Shown here: in pieces, positions 8,044 through 16,140 of the stretch
Layout: every line of letters begins with the position of its first letter
How positions within the stretch are numbered: position 1 is the stretch's first letter
Source: Spirochaetales bacterium
GTDB taxonomy: Bacteria; Spirochaetota; Spirochaetia; Treponematales; UBA12059
Assembly: GCA_016928955.1 (NCBI GenBank)
Contig: JAFGJV010000023.1
Span: forward strand, 1-33,955
Reading direction: 5' to 3'
DNA length: 33,955 nucleotides
Notes under the pieces: generated by a model
What the model saw: only the letters and a program-made list of their open reading frames with translations
Database searches by the model: none
What the model was told of the DNA's origin: nothing
Made by a program: the position numbers and the translations under genes

Positions 8044-9040
8044 GTCGTCCTGCGACGAGTGCGCCGCGGCCGTGGTCGAGGACGGACGCCGCGTCCTGTC
8101 CAGCGTCGTTGCCACGCAAATAGAGCGCCACAGGCAGTACGACGGCGTGGTGCCCGAGATAGCGTCCCGTCTCCACGTTGAGTGGATACAGGACGTGGTA
8201 CACAAGGCCCTTGCGGACGCCGGGCAGAAACTTCCGGACCTTGACGGCATAGCGGTCACCGTAAAGCCCGGTCTGGCCGGCTCGCTCCTGGTCGGCCTGT
8301 CGTTCGCCAAAGCCCTGGCCCGCGCCCTGGACAAGCCCCTGGTCGGCGTCAACCACATACTGGCCCACCTGTACGCGCCCTTGCTGTCAGAAAACCTTGA
8401 GTATCCCTTCATCGGGCTCATTGTGTCGGGCGGGCACACGCTGATATGCAGGGCGGACGGTTTTGACGACATTACGGTGCTGGGAACGACCATAGACGAC
8501 GCCGTTGGCGAGGCCTTTGACAAGGTGGCCAAGCACTACGGCTTTGGCTACCCCGGCGGCGTGGCCATAGACAGGCTGGCCCGTTCAGGCGACGCGCGCG
8601 CATGCCGCTTCCCGGTACCCAATCTGTACAAGGGCGAGCACCGCTACGACGTTTCCTATTCCGGCCTCAAAACGGCGGCCATACGCCAGCTGGACAAGTT
8701 CTGGAACCCCGACTACCCGCGTACCGACCAGAACATAGCGGCAGCCTTTGAGAAGGCGGCCGTGGACCTTCTGCTGTCCCGTCTTATCAGGGCAATAGAC
8801 GACACGGGCCTCCGCACGGTCGTTGCCGGGGGCGGAGTCGCGGCAAACACCTACCTCAGGGAGCGCTTGGCTTCCCGGGACGACGTTCGGGCCCTGTTTC
8901 CGCCCCTGGCCCTGTGCGGGGACAACGGGGCCATGATAGCGGGCCTGGGCTATCGCATGCTCGTCCGGGGTGACCGTGACGGCCCGCGGCTGAACGTGTC
9001 GCCCCGCGTGCCTTCTTTCAGGCGCCTTCGCAGCGCGTAA
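8024..9040 (+). CDS. tsaD: tRNA N6-adenosine threonylcarbamoyltransferase
   Basis: ILGIESSCDE, GVVPEIASRLH, HILAH, VSGGHT, DDAVGEAFDKVA, AGGGVAAN, DNGAMIA. Confidence 0.96.
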   Translation: MRILGIESSCDECAAAVVEDGRRVLSSVVATQIERHRQYDGVVPEIASRLHVEWIQDVVHKALADAGQKLPDLDGIAVTVKPGLAGSLLVGLSFAKALARALDKPLVGVNHILAHLYAPLLSENLEYPFIGLIVSGGHTLICRADGFDDITVLGTTIDDAVGEAFDKVAKHYGFGYPGGVAIDRLARSGDARACRFPVPNLYKGEHRYDVSYSGLKTAAIRQLDKFWNPDYPRTDQNIAAAFEKAAVDLLLSRLIRAIDDTGLRTVVAGGGVAANTYLRERLASRDDVRALFPPLALCGDNGAMIAGLGYRMLVRGDRDGPRLNVSPRVPSFRRLRSA

Positions 9041-9045
9041 AGGCC

Positions 9046-9486
9046 CTACTCCCTGAGGCCCTTGCCTCGTCCTTCCATGCGAATGGATTCAAGCACCGGA
9101 ACAAAGCCGTTTTTGCCGTACACGGCTACAGCCAGGAACGCGTCCTCTGTTCCGTCCTCGCGGTCTATGGCCAGCATGAAGCGCTGGACGGCCGCGTCCG
9201 TGCCCGCCCCAAAGTCGTAGAGCCGGTAGGATCCCGGCTCCAGCTGATCCAGGGGCAGGTCCGACGAGAAGTCCTCGGCCGTGAGCTCGTCCACGGCCAG
9301 GGTGTCCTTGTCGGCCAAGGCGCGGAAATACGACGACAGGACACCGCTCCTGGCGCTGTCGCTTGAACTCAGGCGGACGCCCAGCCACACGCCGAGCGCA
9401 CCTAGTACCAGCACGCCGACAGCGATAGCCGCAGGCACCAGGATGCGGATAGGCTTGCTCATGCCAGGCGTCTTATCCCCGTTCAT
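9046..9486 (-). CDS. Hypothetical membrane-anchored protein
   Basis: 146 aa with a clear N-terminal hydrophobic helix; ATGA overlap with the kbl stop; fills the gap to tsaD. Confidence 0.7.
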   Translation of the reverse strand: MNGDKTPGMSKPIRILVPAAIAVGVLVLGALGVWLGVRLSSSDSARSGVLSSYFRALADKDTLAVDELTAEDFSSDLPLDQLEPGSYRLYDFGAGTDAAVQRFMLAIDREDGTEDAFLAVAVYGKNGFVPVLESIRMEGRGKGLRE

Positions 9487-10676
9487 TTTTTTACGGCCCC
9501 CAGCTCCGCGCCCACCTTGGCGAACGCGGCAATGGCCGCGTCTATCTGCGCATCCGTGTGGGCCGCTGATATCTGGACGCGTATGCGCGCCTTGCCCCGT
9601 GGCACCACCGGGAAGCTGAAGCCTATCACGTATATGCCCTCTTCCAGGAGCCGGTCGGCCATGGCGTGGGCCAGCTTCTCGTCGTACAGCATGACGGGCA
9701 CGATGGGATGCACGCCGGGGCGTATGTCCAGCCCTACGCGCGTCATGCCCTCGCGGAAGCGCTTTGTGTTGTCTTCAAGCCTGTCGCGCAGGGCGGTGGA
9801 CGCGCTTAAAAGCTCCAGGGCGCGCAGTGTTCCCCCCACGATGGACGGGGCAAGCGTGTTGGAGAACAGGTAGGGCCGGGCTTTCTGCCGCAGGTACTCG
9901 ATGATCTCGGCATGGCCGGACACGCAGCCCCCCGAGGCCCCGCCCAAAGCCTTGCCAAAGGTGGTGGTGATGATGTCCACCCTGCCTATCACGCCGTTGT
10001 GCTCGTGCGTGCCCCGGCCTGTCTTGCCGACAAAACCGGTGGCGTGGCTGTCGTCAACCAGGACCATGGCGTTGTATTTCTCGGCCAGGTCGCAGACGGC
10101 GTTCAGGTTCGCTATGTCGCCGTCCATGGAAAACACGCCGTCAGTGGCTATCAGGCGGAATTTTTTGCCCTGCGCCGCCTTCAGCTTGGTCTCAAGGTCC
10201 AGGAAGTCGTTGTGCTCGTATATGAAGCGCTCCGCCTTGCACAGCCGTATGCCGTCTATGATGGATGCGTGGTTCAGGCTGTCTGTGATGATGGCGCTGT
10301 CCGAGTCAAGCAGGGGCTCGAACACGCCGCCATTGGCGTCGAAGCACGAGGAGAACAGGATGGTATCCTCGGTGCCGAGGAAGCGGCTGACGGCGTCCTC
10401 CAGGCGCTTGTGGGGCGACTGGGTGCCGCAGATGAAGCGGACACTGGACAGGCCATAGCCCCACTCGTCCAGGGCTTTTTTGGCTGCCTCCCGGATTGAA
10501 GGCTCGTTGGCCAGTCCCAGGTAGTTGTTGGCGCAAAAATTCACGACTTCCCGCCCGTCCTTGACGGATATCAAGGATCCCTGGGGCGTCGTTATGACAC
10601 GCTCGCTTTTGTACAGCCCGTCTTTCCTGATTTGCTCGAGCTTGGCCCGCAATTCTTCCTTCATGGCTCCGTACAT
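9483..10676 (-). CDS. kbl: Glycine C-acetyltransferase (2-amino-3-ketobutyrate CoA ligase)
   Basis: [37 protein letters not shown] Lys in [19 protein letters not shown]; start placed at ATG 10676 behind AAGGAG, with TACAAT upstream. Confidence 0.95.
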   Translation of the reverse strand: MYGAMKEELRAKLEQIRKDGLYKSERVITTPQGSLISVKDGREVVNFCANNYLGLANEPSIREAAKKALDEWGYGLSSVRFICGTQSPHKRLEDAVSRFLGTEDTILFSSCFDANGGVFEPLLDSDSAIITDSLNHASIIDGIRLCKAERFIYEHNDFLDLETKLKAAQGKKFRLIATDGVFSMDGDIANLNAVCDLAEKYNAMVLVDDSHATGFVGKTGRGTHEHNGVIGRVDIITTTFGKALGGASGGCVSGHAEIIEYLRQKARPYLFSNTLAPSIVGGTLRALELLSASTALRDRLEDNTKRFREGMTRVGLDIRPGVHPIVPVMLYDEKLAHAMADRLLEEGIYVIGFSFPVVPRGKARIRVQISAAHTDAQIDAAIAAFAKVGAELGAVKK

Positions 10677-10740
10677 GGCATGTAGCTCCTTTGCCGCCAT
10701 TGTACACGGGAGGATGCGGTATGGAAAGTGCGGCCAATGT

Positions 10741-11037
10741 TCACGCGCGCTGTTTGTCCGCGGCAGGACCCAGGGCCTGCCCCGAGGACGGGGTGTGGGG
10801 GGGCTCGGACGCGTGGAGAAATTCGTCCATATCCAGTTCCAGGGCGTCTAGTTCGGCAAGCAACTCGTCGACCCTTCGCTCACGCTCCCCGGACTGCATG
10901 GCGTCCAGGCGCTCGAAGGGCCGTTCAAGGGCCTCCTCAAGGCCCGAGCCAGTCTTGAGTGCCGTCCCGCAATAGGGGCAGAAACTGAAGCCCCTAAGCA
11001 CTATCCTGCCGCAGGCGGCGCAAAAGTCCAGCCTCAT
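10741..11037 (-). CDS. Zinc-ribbon domain protein with acidic coiled-coil tail
   Basis: CAACG...FCPYCG (two CxxC) followed by [29 protein letters not shown]; starts just after the PhoH stop. Confidence 0.75.
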   Translation of the reverse strand: MRLDFCAACGRIVLRGFSFCPYCGTALKTGSGLEEALERPFERLDAMQSGERERRVDELLAELDALELDMDEFLHASEPPHTPSSGQALGPAADKQRA

Positions 11038-11047
11038 ACACCGCGCC

Positions 11048-12352
11048 TCATAACAAGCTGGCCGCCAGCTCGGCAAGGTTGCTGCGCTCCGTTTTCTGGA
11101 GCGTCACGTGCCCGTAGACGGCCTGGCCCTTGAAGCGGTCCACCAGGTAGGACAGGCCATTGGAATTTGCGTCCAGGTACATGTTATCGATCTGGTAGGG
11201 GTCGCCCGTAAGGATCACCTTGGAGCCCTCGCCCGCTCTGGACACTATGGTCTTGATCTCGTGCGGGGTCAGGTTCTGGGCCTCGTCTATGATGATGAAC
11301 TGGTTGGGCAGGGAACGCCCGCGTATGTACGACAGGGCCTCTATCTCTATCAGCTTGTCCTTGACCAGCTGGTCGGCTGACTTGATCTTCTCCCTCTTGT
11401 GAGCCAACAGGATGAACTCCAGGTTGTCGAATAGGGGCTGCATCCAGTTGGCCATCTTTGCTCCCTTTTCTCCGGGCAGGTAGCCTATGTCCTTGCCCAC
11501 GGGCACCACCGGCCTGGACACGAGCATGCGCGTGTAGCGCTTTTCGTCTATTACCTTGCGCAGGCCCGCCGCAATGGCCATCAGGGTCTTGCCAGTGCCC
11601 GCCTTGCCAACCAGCGACACCAGCGGCAGGCTGTCGTCCAGCAGCAGTTCCAGGGCTATGCGCTGCCTTGAGTTCAGGGGGCTGATGCCGGATACGGAGC
11701 CCAGCTCGGCCTGCACCAGAGTAATGGTACCGCGATCCTGGTTCCAGCGCGCCAACACCTCGCGTTGCCCGTTGCGCAGTATGACAAATTCGTTGGCCTT
11801 GAGCTGGTCGCGCCAGCTCAGTTCCCCGTTGCCTTCCAGGGCGGCCAAGGTCTCCGTGTTGGCGTCCACTTCAATGACACCTTGGTAGAGACTGGCTATG
11901 TCCACCTTCTGTTTTTCGTAATCCACGGCCTTTAGGCCCAACGCGGTGGCCTTGACGCGGGCGTTTATGTCCTTGGACACAAAAAACACCTGGCGCCCGC
12001 GCTCAGCCAGCTCGAGCGCGCAGAGTATGATGCGGTTGTCCTTGATGGTCGTGTCGAAGCCCTCGGGCAGGCGGGACGGCTGCAGAAGGGACACCCTGAG
12101 AACCGAGCCGTTTTCGAGCTTGACGCCCTCGTTCAGGTTGCCTTTCTTGGCCACGGTATCCAGGAAGCGTATGGCTTCCCTGGCGCTTTTGCCCCGCTGG
12201 TCGGGATAAACTTTGAGGCCGTCCAGCTCTTCAAGCACCTGGAGCGGGATCACGATCTCGTTGTCGCGGAACGACAGAGCCGCCTCCGGATAGTGGATGA
12301 AGACATTGGTGTCTATGACGAACGCCTTGACCTGGTCTCCTGTGTCTCCCAC
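11048..12352 (-). CDS. PIN-domain PhoH family ATPase (PhoH2/YlaK-like)
   Basis: PIN motifs (VIDTNVF, LEELD, DNRII, SKDINAR) plus PhoH motifs (GKAGTGKT, IGYLPG, YIRGRS, DEAQN, GDPYQID); GTG start behind AGGAGG. Confidence 0.93.
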   Translation of the reverse strand: MGDTGDQVKAFVIDTNVFIHYPEAALSFRDNEIVIPLQVLEELDGLKVYPDQRGKSAREAIRFLDTVAKKGNLNEGVKLENGSVLRVSLLQPSRLPEGFDTTIKDNRIILCALELAERGRQVFFVSKDINARVKATALGLKAVDYEKQKVDIASLYQGVIEVDANTETLAALEGNGELSWRDQLKANEFVILRNGQREVLARWNQDRGTITLVQAELGSVSGISPLNSRQRIALELLLDDSLPLVSLVGKAGTGKTLMAIAAGLRKVIDEKRYTRMLVSRPVVPVGKDIGYLPGEKGAKMANWMQPLFDNLEFILLAHKREKIKSADQLVKDKLIEIEALSYIRGRSLPNQFIIIDEAQNLTPHEIKTIVSRAGEGSKVILTGDPYQIDNMYLDANSNGLSYLVDRFKGQAVYGHVTLQKTERSNLAELAASLL

Positions 12353-12436
12353 GGCCCCCTCCTGCTTCCAGTATAGCGGAGGCCGCGGTGATTACAAGTC
12401 CGGCCGGATCGGAAACCGGGCTCGGAAGGGGGCCTG

Positions 12437-13006
12437 TCAGCGGACCGCCGGCCTGGTCGTGCCCTTAAGAAAGCCGAACAGGCTGCCGCACAGACCGCCT
12501 ATGATGTGGCTGAATTCGGATATGTCGTTGTTGGTGAAGGCGTTGATGACTTCCTTGCCCAGGTAGAGCACCAGGATCAGGATGAAGGTCAGCGGTATCT
12601 CTCCCTTGCCGAAGTTCGTGAACGACGACAGGAGTATCATCATGAAGACTATGCCGGAGGCGCCCATCAGGGCCGTGGGAAACAAGAGCACGTTGAGGAG
12701 CCCCGTGGCCAGGGCCGTAACCAGGGTCATGGCGGCCAGCACGCCTGAACCGTAGCGTTCCTCCAGCACCGGCCCCAGGAGCAGTATGAAGAAAAAGTTG
12801 GCCAGGTAGTGGTCCAGTCCCGCGTGCCCAAGGACATGGCTTAAGAGGAGCACGTAGTCGCGCAGGTTGGCCGGGTCAAAGCCTCCCCTGCCGGGCACCA
12901 GGAACCAGTTTTCAGCCAGTCCGGGAAGGATGGCGTCCAGTATCAAGACGACGCCCGCGGCCAGGCTGAAGGAAAGCGTGGCTGGCGCGTTGTATTTGAT
13001 GCTCAT
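12437..13006 (-). CDS. Rhomboid family intramembrane serine protease
   Basis: Multiple TM helices, H..HYLAN, GPVLEERYG, catalytic GASG and SHIIGG; start ATG 13006 behind GGAGG. Confidence 0.88.
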   Translation of the reverse strand: MSIKYNAPATLSFSLAAGVVLILDAILPGLAENWFLVPGRGGFDPANLRDYVLLLSHVLGHAGLDHYLANFFFILLLGPVLEERYGSGVLAAMTLVTALATGLLNVLLFPTALMGASGIVFMMILLSSFTNFGKGEIPLTFILILVLYLGKEVINAFTNNDISEFSHIIGGLCGSLFGFLKGTTRPAVR

Positions 13007-13017
13007 GGGCCCTCCCG

Positions 13018-13809
13018 TCAGTTGGCCGCCAGGTCCAGGTCCAGGCTGACCGGGCAGTGGTCGGATCCCATGACATCCTTGTGTATGGCCGCGTTTTTGA
13101 CCAGGGGCCAGCACGCCTCATTGACGCAGGTGTAGTCTATGCGCCAGCCTATGTCCTTTTCCCTGGCGCGCATCCGGTAACTCCACCAGGTGTACAGGCC
13201 GGGCTGGTCCGGATGCAGGCGGCGGAACGCGTCCACATAGCCTGACGACAGAAAACGGTCCATCCAGGCGCGCTCCTCGGGCAGGTACCCAGGATTGCCC
13301 TCGTTGGCCTTGGGGTAGGTCAGGTCTATGGGCGTGTGGGCAATATTGTAGTCGCCGCAAAGCACGACATGTCGGCCGGCCGCCACCAGGGCGTCCAGCC
13401 TGGTCATCACGGATTCGCAAAAGCCTATCTTGTAGTCTATGCGCGCGCCCGCGTCCTGCGAATTGGGAAAATAGGCCGAGACCAACACATACGGCCCCAG
13501 GTCGGCTTCCAGGTAGCGCCCTTCGTCGTCGTACTCGGCCACTCCCAACACCCGTACGTCCACGGGCTTGACCCTGGTGTATATGGCCACGCCTGAGTAG
13601 CCCCGCCGCTTGGCGCTCGCCCAGAACGTCTCGTACGGGCGCCCTTCCGCGTCCGTTGCCTCAAAAAACTCCTTGCCGAGCTGGGAAGGGTCGGCCTTGG
13701 TTTCCTGAACGCATAGGGCGCTTGGCGACGCGGCCTTGAGCCATTCAAAGAAGCCCTTCTGGGACACGGAACGTATGCCGTTGACGTTCCAGGAAATGAT
13801 GGTTGTCAT
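13018..13809 (-). CDS. xth: Exodeoxyribonuclease III
   Basis: SWNVNGIR, QETK, GYSGVA, YFPN, GDYNIAH, YTWWSYR, GWRIDY, GSDHCP. Confidence 0.96.
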   Translation of the reverse strand: MTTIISWNVNGIRSVSQKGFFEWLKAASPSALCVQETKADPSQLGKEFFEATDAEGRPYETFWASAKRRGYSGVAIYTRVKPVDVRVLGVAEYDDEGRYLEADLGPYVLVSAYFPNSQDAGARIDYKIGFCESVMTRLDALVAAGRHVVLCGDYNIAHTPIDLTYPKANEGNPGYLPEERAWMDRFLSSGYVDAFRRLHPDQPGLYTWWSYRMRAREKDIGWRIDYTCVNEACWPLVKNAAIHKDVMGSDHCPVSLDLDLAAN

Positions 13810-13851
13810 GGGTCCGTTCCTCTATCGTTGCGCGTACTGCATGCGGCGCTC

Positions 13852-14832
13852 CTACGGCGTCGACTGGATGGTCAGCTCAAGCGACAGGACCAGCGTATAG
13901 GTCACGCCCCTCTGTGCCGTAAATTTGCGGCTGATGGTATGGTCGCCTATGCGGCAGGACACGGTATGCTCACCAACCTCTATGACCAGCGATTCCCAGT
14001 CCGCCTGGGCCAGGGCCTTGCCGTCAAGGCTTATCACCGAGCCCTGGGGAGCCTGTATGGACAGGCGGGGCACATCCGGAACCAGGCTGACCGGCACGCT
14101 CAACACCTTGCCGGGCTCAACGGTGACCGACACGACCTCTTCCTGGTACCCTGCCGCCTGGATCCTGAGCGTGTGGAGGCCTTTGCGGATCACAACACGC
14201 GCCCGTGGATCGTCCACGGGCTTGTCGTCCAGAAAAGCCTTGATGTCTACCCCGTCCAGACCGCTGGCCAGGTCTATGACTATGGCTCCGTCCCCGCTCA
14301 GGACCGGCTTGACGACAAGGGTGAACCTGGCGCTCTCCACAGCGCGCGATATGCCCTTGCCTATCGCCAGGAGCTTGAACAGCACGGGATAGCGCTCAGC
14401 CCCCACGACCGTGGGCAGCAGAACGTAAAACGGGCTCGGCCGAAGGCTGTTGTTGGCCACGAACGGCAGGCGCAAGGCCAGGCTGACCCGGGCGGGCAGG
14501 TTCTGGACAGCCAACTGCTCCCCCTCGTAGTCGTACAGGCTCAGGTCGGGATCCGGACGCACGCCGGCGTACACGCTCCAGGCCAGGGCGGATTCCGAGC
14601 CTTGGACGGCCTTGGGCAATCGTAGCTCGAATTCGACGCCGTCCAGGAACATGACGCCCTCAGGTACGGTGACAGCCACGGCTTCGTTGTAGCCGAGCGT
14701 TACCTCCTGCCCATCGGGGTTGGCCGGATCGACCACCACAATGGCCGCGACGACGGTGCGCACGCCGTCAGCGTGGGCGCCGAGAAGCAGGAGGGTTGAG
14801 GTCATGGCGAGCGCTAGCACACGTCGGATCAT
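13852..14832 (-). CDS. Secreted PEGA-like beta-sandwich protein
   Basis: Signal peptide; PEGA-like GLHTLRIQAAGYQEE and GEHTV repeats; ATGA overlap with the M23 gene. Confidence 0.7.
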   Translation of the reverse strand: MIRRVLALAMTSTLLLLGAHADGVRTVVAAIVVVDPANPDGQEVTLGYNEAVAVTVPEGVMFLDGVEFELRLPKAVQGSESALAWSVYAGVRPDPDLSLYDYEGEQLAVQNLPARVSLALRLPFVANNSLRPSPFYVLLPTVVGAERYPVLFKLLAIGKGISRAVESARFTLVVKPVLSGDGAIVIDLASGLDGVDIKAFLDDKPVDDPRARVVIRKGLHTLRIQAAGYQEEVVSVTVEPGKVLSVPVSLVPDVPRLSIQAPQGSVISLDGKALAQADWESLVIEVGEHTVSCRIGDHTISRKFTAQRGVTYTLVLSLELTIQSTP

Positions 14833-15746
14833 GGTTGTATTCCGGGTAGAAAGCTAGACGGATCCTTGGCCTGTTCGCCCATCCGTATCTCGAAATGGAG
14901 ATGGGGCCCGGTGGACAGACCAGTGGATCCTACCGCGCCGATGATCATACCGGAAAGGACCCGTTGCTTCAACTCGACGTCGACCCGTGACAGGTGGCCG
15001 TATACGGTCCGCCATCCGCCGTCGTGCTCTATGACCACCTTCCAGCCAAGCACCTCGTCCCATCCGGCAGCAACCACGGTGCCTGACCGTGCGGCGAACA
15101 CGTCCGTCCCGAGGGGGGCTGCCAGATCCATGCCGGCGTGCATGCGGTCATGCCCGTCTATAGGGCTTTTCCTCATGCCGTAGCCGCTGGTCAACACGGC
15201 CTGGGACAGGGGCGGCCTAAAGCCGACGTTCAGAAAAAACGAGCGCTCAGTGGAACCCAGTCGCGCGCCAGGTATGAAGCTGAAAGCGCCACCCGCCTCG
15301 GGCAGGCTTATCCTGTACAGCTGGCTTTGCCCCTCGGCCAAGCGGGGCCTGAGGATAAGGTCCATGTCGTTGCGCGGGGTATCTGGCAGGAACAGGCCGG
15401 CCATGGACGGCACGAACACCAGCTGGCCCCCAACCAGGGGACCTGGATTGTTGAAGCCGTTCAGGGTGGCAAGGGTTTCGTACGGCAGGGACAGCCGCGC
15501 GGCCAAAGATAAAAGGTCCTCTCCGCCCGGGGACACCCACACGGCCAGAAACAGGTCCGGGTAGACGCCGCCAGCGTTTTCTGCCTTGTAGCCCTGCGCT
15601 ATGGCGTCCTGTATCTGCCTGAACACCAGGTCGGAGGGCGCTAGCTTGTATATGCGCGGGTAAGTTGCGTACGCCGGCGCAGCCTGGGCCACGGGCACTC
15701 CCAGCTGAGAGGTCAGGGCAAGCAGTACGGCCAGAGCCCTCTTCAC
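14829..15746 (-). CDS. M23 family metallopeptidase with degenerate LysM domain
   Basis: Signal peptide (VKRALAVLLAL), LysM-like LLSLAARLSLPYETLATLN, HAGMD, YGHL, STGPHLHFE; GTGA overlap with the upstream stop. Confidence 0.88.
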   Translation of the reverse strand: MKRALAVLLALTSQLGVPVAQAAPAYATYPRIYKLAPSDLVFRQIQDAIAQGYKAENAGGVYPDLFLAVWVSPGGEDLLSLAARLSLPYETLATLNGFNNPGPLVGGQLVFVPSMAGLFLPDTPRNDMDLILRPRLAEGQSQLYRISLPEAGGAFSFIPGARLGSTERSFFLNVGFRPPLSQAVLTSGYGMRKSPIDGHDRMHAGMDLAAPLGTDVFAARSGTVVAAGWDEVLGWKVVIEHDGGWRTVYGHLSRVDVELKQRVLSGMIIGAVGSTGLSTGPHLHFEIRMGEQAKDPSSFLPGIQP

Positions 15747-16000
15747 GCGCCCTCCGGGCCAGCCGACGGTGCGGCTTTCCCTCGACGGCGTAGGTATTTT
15801 CTGACGGGCGACCATAGGACTAGCGCGGCCACGGCCAGCGTGACCATGGCCGTATACAGCGATTTGGCATGGGTCGCCGCATACCACAAAGGCCATACGG
15901 CCACCAGGGCAAGCGCCACGGCAACGCACGCCCACACAAGGCTCTTCATAAAGCCGGAGAACAGCGCCGGACGCGTGCTTGTTTTCATGTTGTTCACCAT
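15743..16000 (-). CDS. Small two-TM membrane protein
   Basis: Two hydrophobic helices around PLWYAAT and a basic tail; coupled to the M23 gene; upstream TTGACA-N18-TAGGCT. Confidence 0.7.
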   Translation of the reverse strand: MVNNMKTSTRPALFSGFMKSLVWACVAVALALVAVWPLWYAATHAKSLYTAMVTLAVAALVLWSPVRKYLRRRGKAAPSAGPEGA

Positions 16001-16008
16001 CGTTTATG

Positions 16009-16038
16009 AGCCTAGGCTCGGTCGTCTGGCCCTGTCAA
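16009..16038 (-). promoter_or_regulatory. Sigma70-type promoter
   Basis: TTGACA-N18-TAGGCT, ending 8 nt before ATG 16000. Confidence 0.55.
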
Positions 16039-16140
16039 GCGGCGCGTCGGGCGGCCAAGCACCGATGTCAGGCCGAGTCTTGAAGGTCCCGCGCCGAAAC
16101 AGGGCGTACCCTCGGACGCCAGAGAGTGGCGGAACGGGAC

